Shown here: positions 9,679 to 19,155 of the stretch, piece by piece | Position numbering within the stretch: the first letter of the stretch is position 1 | Layout: every line of letters starts with the position of its first letter | Origin: Dehalococcoidia bacterium | Lineage (GTDB): Bacteria > Chloroflexota > Dehalococcoidia > SM23-28-2 > RBG-16-64-32 | DNA length: 64,000 nucleotides | NCBI GenBank assembly: GCA_963665775.2 | Contig: CAXXTF010000001.1 | Coordinates: forward strand, 224,001-288,000 | Direction: 5' to 3' | Made by a program: the position numbers and the translations under genes | Notes under the pieces: model-generated | Databases searched by the model: none | Seen by the model: only the letters and a program-made list of their open reading frames with translations | What the model was told of the DNA's origin: nothing

Positions 9679-10045
9679 TCCCGTCGCGTAAAGGTTATGT
9701 ACGCTAATAATACACTGACGAACACCGAGTTCGTCTGGAGGCGAGACAGGCTGACAGGGTGACTGAGCGACAACAAGGCCGTACCGATGGTGGCTGTGCC
9801 TAAGTTCCGTTCTTCGGAGCATCTGCTGCAATCACTGACCCTAGTGGTGATACTGTCTGGCTGAGCGGGGCGAGCGGTCATCTTCCCCCGTCAGCCACAA
9901 CCCCAGACACCCATCACAGCGAGAAGAAGCCCGGGCTGGTCGCCCCTTCTCCGCCGCGCATCCGAGCCGGCCAGCGCTTAGGTTTATCCGCCGGCTGAGG
10001 CGGGTAGCGGCAGAGCTATCACCAGCATCGAGCTTCTGAGGAGGG

Positions 10046-10594
10046 ATGATCATGGCGACCAACACGCCGGAGGAGATGCTCCAGGAGGCACGCAAGCTCA
10101 TAGGCTGGGAAACTGAGCCCGTGCCCAGCCGCTACCCTGTGGAGTACGACCCCATCCGCCGCTACTGCCACATGGTCGGCGACGACAACCCCCTATTCAT
10201 GGACCCCGAGCACGCGGCGAACGCTCGATACGGCTCCGTCATCGCCCCGCCCTTCTTTATCCGCCAGACCAGCGGGCCCGGCCCCTGGCCGCCGCGGAGC
10301 CAGGAGATACCCACCGCCTCGGGTAGGGTGCTCAGCCCGGGCGACCGCAACATCGTCCTCAACACCGAGTTTGAGTTACTCAAGCCCGTCAAGGTGGGCG
10401 ATCGTATCAGCCAGACCCAGCGGCTCGTCGACGTCTACATCAAGCCCATCCGGCTGGACCCGAAGACCTTCTGGCTGGTGAACGAGACTATCTTCAGGAA
10501 CCAGGACGACGAAGTCGTCGCCACCATGCGCAACACTATGGTGCGCCACCGCACTCCCGAACAGGTCAAAGCGGCCGGAGACGCCGAGGCGTGA
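10046..10594 (+). CDS. MaoC-like hot-dog hydratase subunit A (copy 1)
   Basis: IRRYCHMVGDDNPLF, APP and PVKVGD. Confidence 0.85.
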   Translation: MIMATNTPEEMLQEARKLIGWETEPVPSRYPVEYDPIRRYCHMVGDDNPLFMDPEHAANARYGSVIAPPFFIRQTSGPGPWPPRSQEIPTASGRVLSPGDRNIVLNTEFELLKPVKVGDRISQTQRLVDVYIKPIRLDPKTFWLVNETIFRNQDDEVVATMRNTMVRHRTPEQVKAAGDAEA

Positions 10595-10604
10595 GCCGGA
10601 GAGG

Positions 10605-11075
10605 ATGGATGAAACCATGACTACCGAAGCAAAGCGAGAGCAGCGTTACTGGGACGACGTAAACGAGGGTGACGAGGTGCCCGGCTTCGAGCGACCCGTC
10701 ACGCCCACCCAGATCGCCCTCCAGGTCAGCGGATCACAGGACTTCTACGAAGTCCACCACGACCAGGAGTTCGCCCGCGCCGGCGGCCACCCGGACATCT
10801 TCGTCAACACCGGTTTTACGACGGCCTGCTTCGGCCGGCTCCTTAGCTCCTTCGTCGGCGAAGCGGGGTGGGTCAAGAAGTTTCACATGGAGATGCGACG
10901 CATGAACCACCCCGGCGATGTGATGAAGCTCACCGGTAAGGTGATCCGCAAGTACACCGAGGGAGATGAGCACCTGCTGGAGCTGGAGATCTGGTCGGAG
11001 AACGAGCGGATAGGGGTGACCACGCCCTCCACCGCCACCGTCCTCCTACCCTCTCGCCGGCAGGCCACAAGCTAG
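10605..11075 (+). CDS. MaoC-like hydratase subunit B (copy 1)
   Basis: WDDVNEGDE and SQDFYEVHHDQEFA...GHPDIF with catalytic Asp/His. Confidence 0.85.
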   Translation: MDETMTTEAKREQRYWDDVNEGDEVPGFERPVTPTQIALQVSGSQDFYEVHHDQEFARAGGHPDIFVNTGFTTACFGRLLSSFVGEAGWVKKFHMEMRRMNHPGDVMKLTGKVIRKYTEGDEHLLELEIWSENERIGVTTPSTATVLLPSRRQATS

Positions 11076-11121
11076 CGAAAGAGAACGGATAAGCGGCAAG
11101 GAGATTCAGGGAGAGAGCATC

Positions 11122-11676
11122 ATGGCAGACAAGACCCCCGAAGATATACTGGAAGATGCGCGCAAGTTCATAGGCATCGAATCGCAGACGGTGGCCAGCC
11201 GCTACGCGGTGGAGTACGACCCCATACGGCGCTACTGCCACATGGTGGACGACGACAATCCCCTGTTCCTCGACCCGGAGTACGCTGCCACCACCGAATT
11301 CGGATCGGTCGTAGCGCCTCCCTTCTTTATCCGCCAGACGGCCGGGCCGGGCCCCTGGCCGCCGCGGACGGAGGAGGTTCCCGGCGTCCTGGCGCAGGTA
11401 CCGTCTCCCGGGGACCGTACCATCAACCTCAACACGGAGTTCGAGTGCTACAAGCCGATCAAGGTGGGCGACCGCATCAGCCATAAGCAACGGCTTGTGG
11501 ACATCTACATCAAGGCGATCCGGCTGGATCCCAAGTCCTTCTGGACCGTATATGACACCATCTACACCAATCAGGACGGCGAGGTGGTCCTGGTCATGCG
11601 TAATACCCTGTGCCGCCATCGCACTCCGGAAGAGGTCAAGGCCGCCGGAGATGCTCCAGAGACGAGCAGCAGCTAG
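11122..11676 (+). CDS. MaoC-like hydratase subunit A (copy 2)
   Basis: Close paralog of 10046-10594. Confidence 0.85.
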   Translation: MADKTPEDILEDARKFIGIESQTVASRYAVEYDPIRRYCHMVDDDNPLFLDPEYAATTEFGSVVAPPFFIRQTAGPGPWPPRTEEVPGVLAQVPSPGDRTINLNTEFECYKPIKVGDRISHKQRLVDIYIKAIRLDPKSFWTVYDTIYTNQDGEVVLVMRNTLCRHRTPEEVKAAGDAPETSSS

Positions 11677-11686
11677 CCAAGAGAGG

Positions 11687-12142
11687 GTGGACGAAACCAT
11701 GACTACCGAAGTGAAGCGAGAGCAGCGGTACTGGGACGATGTAAACGAGGGCGATGAGATCCCCGGCTTCGAGCTAGCCATCACCGCCACGCGGATCGCG
11801 CTGCATGTTTCGGGATCGCAGGACTACAACCCGGTGCACCACGACCAAGAGTTCGCCCGCTCCAGCGGCCATCCGGATGTCTTCGTCAACACCGGCTTTA
11901 TGACGGCCAGCTTCGGCCGGCTCCTCAGCTCCTACGTCGGAAACAAGGGATGGATCAAGAAGTTCCATATGGAAATGCGACGCATGAACCACCCCGGCGA
12001 TGTGATGAAGCTCATGGGAAAGGTGGTCCGCAAGTACACCGAAGGGGATGAGCACCTGCTGGAGCTGGAGATCTGGGTGGAGAACCAGCGCATTGGCGTG
12101 ACCACGCCCTCCACCGCCACCGTCCGCCTCCCGTCCCGTTAG
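11687..12142 (+). CDS. MaoC-like hydratase subunit B (copy 2)
   Basis: Close paralog of 10605-11075 with SQDYNPVHHD; start GTG 11687 or ATG 11699. Confidence 0.85.
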   Translation: MDETMTTEVKREQRYWDDVNEGDEIPGFELAITATRIALHVSGSQDYNPVHHDQEFARSSGHPDVFVNTGFMTASFGRLLSSYVGNKGWIKKFHMEMRRMNHPGDVMKLMGKVVRKYTEGDEHLLELEIWVENQRIGVTTPSTATVRLPSR

Positions 12143-12225
12143 CGGAGGCGAACGTGGAGTACGGGATGATAGTTGGCTGCCTGTTGAGACATTCAGCCCT
12201 GGGCTGGCGAAGGAGATAGATAGCA

Positions 12226-13398
12226 GTGGAATTCGGGTGGACCAAGGAAGACGAGGCCTTCAGGGAAGAGGTGCGGGGCTTCATTAAAGAGGTTCTGCCG
12301 GCGGACTGGAGCGGCCTCGGCGGCGAGAGCAGCGAGAACCTGGCCTTCTCCCGCGCGGTCGAGCGCAAGCTGGGGGACCGAAGGTGGTTGGTGCTGGCCT
12401 GGCCCAAGGAGTACGGCGGCCTGGGCGCTACCCACTGGCAGCAGCTCATCTTCAAGGAGGAGGGGAGCTACAACCGGCTGCCGGGGATGGGCAACCTGGG
12501 GATCAACGTCATCGGTCCCAGCATCATGATCTACGGCAACGATGAGCAGAAGGAGAAGTATCTGCCCGGCATCGCCAGCGGGGAGATCCACTTCTGTCAG
12601 ATGTTCACGGAGCCGGGCGCCGGCTCGGACCTGGGCGGCCTCACGACCCGCGCCACCAGGGACGGCGATTTCTACATCATCAACGGCCAGAAGACCTTCA
12701 CCAGCGGCGCCCATCAGGCCGACTACGGCTGGCTGGCGGCGCGCACCGATCCCGACGCCCCCAAGCACAAGGGCGTCAGCACGTTCGTCATCCCCACAGA
12801 CCTCCCCGGGATAACGATCACCCCCCAGATCAACGTCATGGGGGAGCACCACCAGAACCACATCTTCTTCGATAACGTCCGGCTGCCCCGAGAGCAGCTC
12901 GTCGGCGTCGAGAACCGTGGCTTCTACCAGGTGATGACCACCCTCGACTTCGAGCGGTCCGGCGTCGAGCGCTGGGCCGGTGGGAGACGCCTGCTGGACG
13001 ACCTGGTGTCGTACGTGATCAGCGAGCGTGGAAGTAAGGGGGTAGCCGCCCTGCCATCCGGTGTTCGCGACAAGCTGGCCGAGGCCGCGATCACCGCCGA
13101 GGCCGGCCGCTATATCTGCTACCGCATAACCCACATGCAGAGCCAGGGCATGATCCCCAACAAGGAAGCGTCCATGTCGAAGGTGCTTAACGCGCACTTC
13201 TACCAAGGGATAGCGAATCTGGGGGTCAACGTCCTGGGGATGTACGGCCCGCTGCATGGCGATTCCAAATGGGCGAAGCTGCGCGGCCTCTTCGAGTACC
13301 AGATCCTCTCTACCATCCCAACCACTATCTCCGGCGGCAGCGTAGAGATAAACCGCAACATCATCGCCAACCGTGGTCTGGAGCTACCGCGGCAATGA
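12226..13398 (+). CDS. acyl-CoA dehydrogenase
   Basis: FTEPGAGSDL, INGQKTFTSG and ISGGSVEINRNII. Confidence 0.93.
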   Translation: MEFGWTKEDEAFREEVRGFIKEVLPADWSGLGGESSENLAFSRAVERKLGDRRWLVLAWPKEYGGLGATHWQQLIFKEEGSYNRLPGMGNLGINVIGPSIMIYGNDEQKEKYLPGIASGEIHFCQMFTEPGAGSDLGGLTTRATRDGDFYIINGQKTFTSGAHQADYGWLAARTDPDAPKHKGVSTFVIPTDLPGITITPQINVMGEHHQNHIFFDNVRLPREQLVGVENRGFYQVMTTLDFERSGVERWAGGRRLLDDLVSYVISERGSKGVAALPSGVRDKLAEAAITAEAGRYICYRITHMQSQGMIPNKEASMSKVLNAHFYQGIANLGVNVLGMYGPLHGDSKWAKLRGLFEYQILSTIPTTISGGSVEINRNIIANRGLELPRQ

Positions 13399-13438
13399 GC
13401 CGCTCTCTGCCCGGAATGGCGTTACTGAAGGAGGCCGT

Positions 13439-14635
13439 GTGCCGGTACTAGACGGAGTGAAGATACTGGACCTGTCGCAGCATATGCCCGGGCACCACTG
13501 CACGCTGCTTCTCGGCGATATGGGTGCGGACATCCTGAAGATAGAGGCCCCGACGATGCCCAGCAGAGGCGGCCTCTCCGCCCGCCGCGAGGCTCCGCCC
13601 GAAGAACGGAAGCGATCGCAGGCGTACGATGCGCTGGGCCGTAACAAGCGGAGCATCGGCCTTAACCTGAAGGAGGAGCGGGGGAAGGAGATCTTCTATA
13701 AGCTCGCACGGGAAACGGATGTGGTGCTGGAGGGGTTCCGGCCGGGCGTGGTCAAGCGGCTTGGGGTGGACTACGGGACGATATCGAAGCTGAACCCCCG
13801 CCTCGTTTACGCTTCGATAAGCGGCTACGGCCAAGACGGGCCTTACAGCCAGCTGGCCGGGCACGACATCAACTACATCGCCCAGAGCGGCACCCTGAAC
13901 ATCATCGGCCCGGACCGGGATGGGCCGCCCGCCATACCGATGAACTTTCTGGCAGACCTGGCCGGAGGCGGAACTACAGCCGCCCTGGGTATCGTGGCTG
14001 CCCTGTTCCACCGCGAGCAAAGCGGCCGCGGGCAGTTCATCGATATCAGCATGGCCGAGGGCGCCATGCAGCTGACCTCGGCCATGCTGAGCGGCTTCTT
14101 GGGATCCGGGCGGCTGCCGGTCCGGGGCGGGGAATCGTTCAGCGGCAACGTCGTCTACTACAACGTGTATCAATGCAAGGACGACAAGTGGATCAGCATC
14201 GGCTGTATCGAGCCGTATTTCTACGAGAGCTTCTGCCGCGAGCTGGGACGGGAGGACTGGCTCCCCCATCAACACGCGGAGCCGGAGAAGCAGGCCGAAA
14301 TGATCACGGCGGCCCGGGAGATCTTCCGGACGCGCACCCGGGACGAGTGGCACGAAGCCCTCAACCAGCATGACCTGTGCGCCATGCGCATCCTGGATGC
14401 CGCCGAGATAGTGGCGGACCCCCACGTCCGGGCGCGAGAGATGATCATCGAGCTGCAGCACCCGGAGATGGGGCCCGTAAAGCAGATAGGGTCCGCCCTG
14501 AAGTTCTCGGAGGGCCAGTCGCCGTTCCGTTTCTTCGCCCCCGGCAAGGGCCAGAATACCGACGAGGTTCTGGCGGAGTTGGGATACGGCGCGGAGCCGA
14601 TCGCCGCCCTGCGCGCCGACGGCGTGGTGGTCTGA
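13439..14635 (+). CDS. CaiB/BaiF class III CoA-transferase (AMACR-like)
   Basis: LDGVKILDLS, GADILKIE, RNKRSIGLNLK, FRPGV and AGHDINY. Confidence 0.92.
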   Translation: MPVLDGVKILDLSQHMPGHHCTLLLGDMGADILKIEAPTMPSRGGLSARREAPPEERKRSQAYDALGRNKRSIGLNLKEERGKEIFYKLARETDVVLEGFRPGVVKRLGVDYGTISKLNPRLVYASISGYGQDGPYSQLAGHDINYIAQSGTLNIIGPDRDGPPAIPMNFLADLAGGGTTAALGIVAALFHREQSGRGQFIDISMAEGAMQLTSAMLSGFLGSGRLPVRGGESFSGNVVYYNVYQCKDDKWISIGCIEPYFYESFCRELGREDWLPHQHAEPEKQAEMITAAREIFRTRTRDEWHEALNQHDLCAMRILDAAEIVADPHVRAREMIIELQHPEMGPVKQIGSALKFSEGQSPFRFFAPGKGQNTDEVLAELGYGAEPIAALRADGVVV

Positions 14636-14732
14636 TGGCAGGAGTTACCTATTCATAGCGAAAACGGCTAAGCAGAGGACCAGGATCAAACCGTCAAAAG
14701 CGAACAAACCATAGATGGAGGTACACCAGAAA

Positions 14733-15902
14733 ATGGCTTGGGAAGCACGAGATAAGGCCTGTATCGTAGGCATCGGGGAGACGGAATACACCAAATGGGG
14801 AGGGATTAAGGACAGGTCCGAGTTCCAGTTAGCCTGCGAGGCGATCCTCAAAGCCCTGGACGATGCGGGCCTTACCACTGACGAACTGGACGGCTTCTCT
14901 TCCTACTCCAGCGACCGCAACTCTGGCGTCGATCTTGCCGCTGCCCTTGGGGTTCCGCAGCTTCGATTCGCGTCAATCCTGACGATGGGCGGCGGCGGCG
15001 GCGGCGCGGCCGCCATAATGAACGCAGTCCTGGCCGTAACTACCGGGACGGCTAATGTGGTGGCCTGTTACCGTTCTCTCTGCCAGGGGCAGTTCGGCCG
15101 CTTCGGTCAGAGCCGCGCTGCGGGCGCCGTCGCCGGCGGCCCCGCGTTCACAGCCCCCTTTGGCTTGATGAGCCCGCCGGGAAGCTACGGTATACGGGCT
15201 CGCCGCTATATGCATGAGTACGGTATTACCAGCGAGCAGTTCGGTCACATCTCGGTAGCCTCATACAAGCACGCCCAGACCAACCCGCGGGCGGTGATGT
15301 ACGGACGGCCCATCACCCTCAAGGACCATCAGGAATCGCGCATCATCGTCGATCCCCTGCACCTATTCGACTGCTGCCAGGAGAACGACGGCGCTGCCGC
15401 CGTTATCGTCACTTCGGCAGAGCGAGCAAAGAACCTGAAGCAGCGCCCGGTATACATCATGGGCGCCGCCCAGGGCAGCGGCTTCCGCTCCCAGGTGGCT
15501 GCCGGCAACCGTCCCGACTTCGTCTCTTCCACCTTCACCACGGTGGCCAAAGACCTCTATGACCGGGCGGGCGTGGGCCCTAAAGATATCGATGTGGCCC
15601 AGATCTACGAGAACTTCACCCCAATGAGCATGATGTCTATCGAGGAGCACGGGTTCTGCAAGCGGGGTGAGGGTGGCGCCTTCGTCGAGAACGGACGCAT
15701 CGAGTGGCCGGACGGCGAGTTGCCCATCAACACCAGCGGCGGCAACCTGGCCGAGGCCTATATCCACGGCTTCGAGCTCTACACCGAGGGCGCCCGACAG
15801 ATGCGCGGCACCTCCACCTGCCAGGTGGAGAACGCCCAGATCTGCCTCTGCGCCGCCGGTCCCGGTACTGAGTACGCCAGCGACGTGATTCTGCGGCGTT
15901 AG
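14733..15902 (+). CDS. thiolase-fold lipid-transfer protein (Ltp2-like)
   Basis: IVGIGET, DCCQENDGA, YENFT and NTSGGNLAEAYIHG; lacks the N-terminal catalytic Cys. Confidence 0.88.
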   Translation: MAWEARDKACIVGIGETEYTKWGGIKDRSEFQLACEAILKALDDAGLTTDELDGFSSYSSDRNSGVDLAAALGVPQLRFASILTMGGGGGGAAAIMNAVLAVTTGTANVVACYRSLCQGQFGRFGQSRAAGAVAGGPAFTAPFGLMSPPGSYGIRARRYMHEYGITSEQFGHISVASYKHAQTNPRAVMYGRPITLKDHQESRIIVDPLHLFDCCQENDGAAAVIVTSAERAKNLKQRPVYIMGAAQGSGFRSQVAAGNRPDFVSSTFTTVAKDLYDRAGVGPKDIDVAQIYENFTPMSMMSIEEHGFCKRGEGGAFVENGRIEWPDGELPINTSGGNLAEAYIHGFELYTEGARQMRGTSTCQVENAQICLCAAGPGTEYASDVILRR

Positions 15903-15945
15903 CGGTTTACTGATAACGTAATGCGTCATAAGGGAGGATAAACCG

Positions 15946-16368
15946 ATGGCCTATTTCCCCGACGGGATGCCAGTGCCTGACGCCACGATGGACACGCAGG
16001 AGTTCTGGGATCACTGCAAGCAAGAGGAGTTGCGCATCCAGCGCTGCAACCGCTGCTGGACGTACCGCTTCCCACCGTCACCCGTCTGCCACAACTGCCA
16101 CTCCTTCGAGTATGAGTGGGTGAAATCGCGCGGTGAGGCCCGCGTCTATAGCTACGTCATCGTGCATCATCCCCCGCACCCGGCCGTGCGTGAGGTAGTG
16201 CCCTACAACGTAGCGATAATCGAGCTGGACGACTGTGGGCAGACAAGGTTCACGAGTAACATCGTGGACTGCCCCAACGAAGAGGTGAAGGTTGGCTTGC
16301 CCGTGGAGCTGGTCTGGGAATCAGCAAGTCCCGAGATCAACCTGTACCGCTTCCGCCCCCGTAAGTAG
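15946..16368 (+). CDS. DUF35 Zn-ribbon/OB-fold protein
   Basis: FW...LRIQRCNRC...PP.PVCHNC and VKVGLPVE. Confidence 0.9.
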   Translation: MAYFPDGMPVPDATMDTQEFWDHCKQEELRIQRCNRCWTYRFPPSPVCHNCHSFEYEWVKSRGEARVYSYVIVHHPPHPAVREVVPYNVAIIELDDCGQTRFTSNIVDCPNEEVKVGLPVELVWESASPEINLYRFRPRK

Positions 16369-16405
16369 CATCTAGGCCGGTCAGCTGCCCTGCCGCGCCA
16401 GCCGG

Positions 16406-17833
16406 TCAGGCGCCTCCCGGCGAGAGCGGGGCAGCTACCGACGGCAGCCGCCGGTGCCACCGGGTCGCCTGCTCGTAAGCGCGAGCGACCCGCAGCACCG
16501 CTCCCTCCTCGAACCAGCGGCCCACCAGCTGCAATCCCACCGGGAGACCGGCCCTCGTGAAGCCACACGGCACCGAGACGGCGGGCAGACCGGCCACATT
16601 GAAGGGATTGGTGAGGCGCACCAGCGCCATCGTGGTCCGCAGATCGCTCGCCTCGATAGGGGGCGCCGGGATGGCCGTCGTCGGCGTGGCCAGGATATCG
16701 ATCTTCCGAAACAGCCCCGTCCGCCACTCCTGCACGATGCGCTCGCGCAGCCGCTGAGCCTGCTCGTAGCTCGCGGCTGATGACGCTCGCCCCATCTCCA
16801 GCCGCTGCCGCACATCGTCGCCGTAGTCCTGGGGACGCTCCTCCAGCCAGGCCTGGTGATAGGCGAACGCCTCCGGAAGCATAATATCTCTCGCCGCCGC
16901 CGGCATCTCGGAGATGTGGGGCAACGAGACTTCCTCCACCTCCGCCCCCAGCTCCGCCAGCACGCGTAGGGCTTCCTGTACCGCCGCCAGCACCTCTCCA
17001 TCTGCATCCTCGAAGAAGGGCCGGCGGGGCAGCCCCACTCGCGTCCCATCCAGCCCTCGATCCCGCCGCAGCTCCCGGCGGTAGTCCGGCACGGGCTCAT
17101 CGAGGGACGAATCGTCCTTGGGGTCCCTCCCGGCGATGGCGGCCAGGACGATAGCGGCATCCTCTACGGTGCGGGTCAAAGGCCCCACGTGATCCAGAGA
17201 CGAGCTCAACGGTACTACGCCCCAGCGGCTCACCCGGCCATACGTCGGCTTAAACCCCACGATGCCGCACAGGGCCGCCGGGATGCGGACAGAGCCACCG
17301 GTATCGGTCCCCAGGGCGGCGAAGCACTCGCCTGAGGCCACGGCGACCGCCGAGCCGGAGCTGGAGCCACCCGCGATACGGCTAGTATCCCAGGGGTTGC
17401 GGGCCGGGCCGTAGTGCGGATTCACCCCCGTGGCGCCAAAGGCGAACTCGTGCAGGTTCAGCTTGCCGAGAACCACCGCCCCGGCCGCCCGCAGCCGCGC
17501 CGTCGCCTCGGCGTCCTCTCCGGGCACACGGTCGGCCATGATCCTGGAGCCGGCCGTTGTGCGCACCCCCTTTGTGGCGAACATATCTTTAAGGGCCACC
17601 GGTACACCGTGCAGAGGCCCCCTGTAGCGTCCCCGGGCGATCTCCTGGGCCGCCCGTCGCGCCTCCTCTAGCGCCTCTTTCCGGGTCACCGTAATGAAAG
17701 CGTTCAGCGCGGCGTCCACCCGATCGATGCGCTCCAGACAGGCCTCCGTCAGCTCCAGCGGCGACAGCTCCCGGCGGCGGATCATCTCCCCCGCCCGGGC
17801 CAGGGAGAGCTGGGTCAGCTCGGCACCGCTCAT
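16406..17833 (-). CDS. amidase (GatA-like amidase signature family)
   Basis: GPLHGVPVALKD, GGSSSGSA and GTDTGGSVRIPA. Confidence 0.93.
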   Translation of the reverse strand: MSGAELTQLSLARAGEMIRRRELSPLELTEACLERIDRVDAALNAFITVTRKEALEEARRAAQEIARGRYRGPLHGVPVALKDMFATKGVRTTAGSRIMADRVPGEDAEATARLRAAGAVVLGKLNLHEFAFGATGVNPHYGPARNPWDTSRIAGGSSSGSAVAVASGECFAALGTDTGGSVRIPAALCGIVGFKPTYGRVSRWGVVPLSSSLDHVGPLTRTVEDAAIVLAAIAGRDPKDDSSLDEPVPDYRRELRRDRGLDGTRVGLPRRPFFEDADGEVLAAVQEALRVLAELGAEVEEVSLPHISEMPAAARDIMLPEAFAYHQAWLEERPQDYGDDVRQRLEMGRASSAASYEQAQRLRERIVQEWRTGLFRKIDILATPTTAIPAPPIEASDLRTTMALVRLTNPFNVAGLPAVSVPCGFTRAGLPVGLQLVGRWFEEGAVLRVARAYEQATRWHRRLPSVAAPLSPGGA

Positions 17834-17955
17834 CGCGCAGGCACCCTCCTTCTTGACACCCGTCACAGGCGTTTTGGCTAATGCCACTCTAGCAACGGGC
17901 CGGCGGGTGTCAAGAAGGGGCCCCCAGCCACCTGACTGATTACCTGAATATACAC

Positions 17956-17984
17956 TTGACAACGACGCTCCAACCCGCTAGCTT
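17956..17984 (+). promoter_or_regulatory. putative sigma70 promoter
   Basis: TTGACA-17 nt-TAGCTT followed by a TAAGGAGG RBS. Confidence 0.5.
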
Positions 17985-18011
17985 TCAGGGTGATTCATAA
18001 GGAGGATTCGT

Positions 18012-18593
18012 ATGCCGACAGAGGAAATGGTGGCCCGGCTCAGGCGGGCCCTCTCCCTGGACCAGTCAGCCTTCGAGGAGGTGCGGGACGACGCCTCCTT
18101 CACGGCCTTTGTCGCCGGGCTAGCAGCGGTAGTGATCCTAGTAGCAGGGCTGGGCGCCTGGCTCTATGGCGAAGTGGTCCAGGACTTCACGTCGGACGGT
18201 TACTTCGTCGACACGGTGATCCTGGGTTCCATATTCACGATCTTCCTCTGGCTCGCCGGCGTGGCCGTGATCTACACCGTCCTTACCCGGTTCTACGACG
18301 AGACGATGCGCCCTGATGCCCTGTTCAGGGTCTGCGCTGTGGGGTTTCTGCCCTTCGTGATTGGCGCCCTCGTCTTCATACCGGAGATCGGCTTCGGGTT
18401 CGGTTTCCTGTCCGCCGCCTTCGTGTTCTACCTGACCGTCTTCGGATTGGGCGCGGCCTTCTCCGTCAGCCCGATGCACGCCGTCGTGGCCACCGCGGCC
18501 GGCTTCGCCGTATTGGGAATGATTCTACCCCTGATAACCGGATTCGACAACAGCTATGTCACGGGCATCTTCGTATACAGCCTGTTAGACTGA
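18012..18593 (+). CDS. YIP1-like multi-pass membrane protein
   Basis: Strong RBS, about 5 TM segments, RAL.LD..AFEEV N-terminus. Confidence 0.65.
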   Translation: MPTEEMVARLRRALSLDQSAFEEVRDDASFTAFVAGLAAVVILVAGLGAWLYGEVVQDFTSDGYFVDTVILGSIFTIFLWLAGVAVIYTVLTRFYDETMRPDALFRVCAVGFLPFVIGALVFIPEIGFGFGFLSAAFVFYLTVFGLGAAFSVSPMHAVVATAAGFAVLGMILPLITGFDNSYVTGIFVYSLLD

Positions 18594-18653
18594 TCCAGAC
18601 CGGACCTGAGCTGCCTCGCCGGGCGCGCCCGGGATCCCTGGCCGTCAGGTCTC

Positions 18654-19052
18654 CTAGCCCGCCCTGATCTCCTCCTCGCTCACCGCGCCGTCCAGGATGC
18701 GGAAGGCCCTGACAATAGGCCTCTCCGCGTCCTGAAGCGATATCAGGACGTAATACGCCTCCGGCCAGAAGGCCAGCCTTACGTCCGTCGACGAGGGGTA
18801 CGCCTCGCTGGCGGTGTGGGAGTGGTAGATGACCAGGAACTCCCAGTCGTTCTCCTCGCACTCGCGGTAGATGCGGAACAGGTCCTCGGTATCGACGTTA
18901 TAGCGGAACGGGCTGGCCTCGGCATTCCGCGCCTGGAACAGCTTCGTCGCCAGACCGTCCTTGCCGGCGATAATGCCACAGCACTCGTTGGGCGCTTCTG
19001 CCTGCGCCTGGGCGGCAATGTCGTCGATGATCTGCTTGGGAAGCGTCAGCAT
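18654..19052 (-). CDS. mec: JAB/M67 metallopeptidase (Mec-like sulfur-carrier peptidase)
   Basis: PNECCG and YHSHTASEAYPSSTD JAMM motif; lies next to cysM and a sulfur carrier. Confidence 0.88.
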   Translation of the reverse strand: MLTLPKQIIDDIAAQAQAEAPNECCGIIAGKDGLATKLFQARNAEASPFRYNVDTEDLFRIYRECEENDWEFLVIYHSHTASEAYPSSTDVRLAFWPEAYYVLISLQDAERPIVRAFRILDGAVSEEEIRAG

Positions 19053-19155
19053 GGCGTTATCGCCGCCTCAGCCGTTCCAGATACGGCAGACCGGTATCCT
19101 GACACCCTGACGTCTGCTTCGCCTCCACAGCGGATACGAGGGTGCGGCCACTCAC

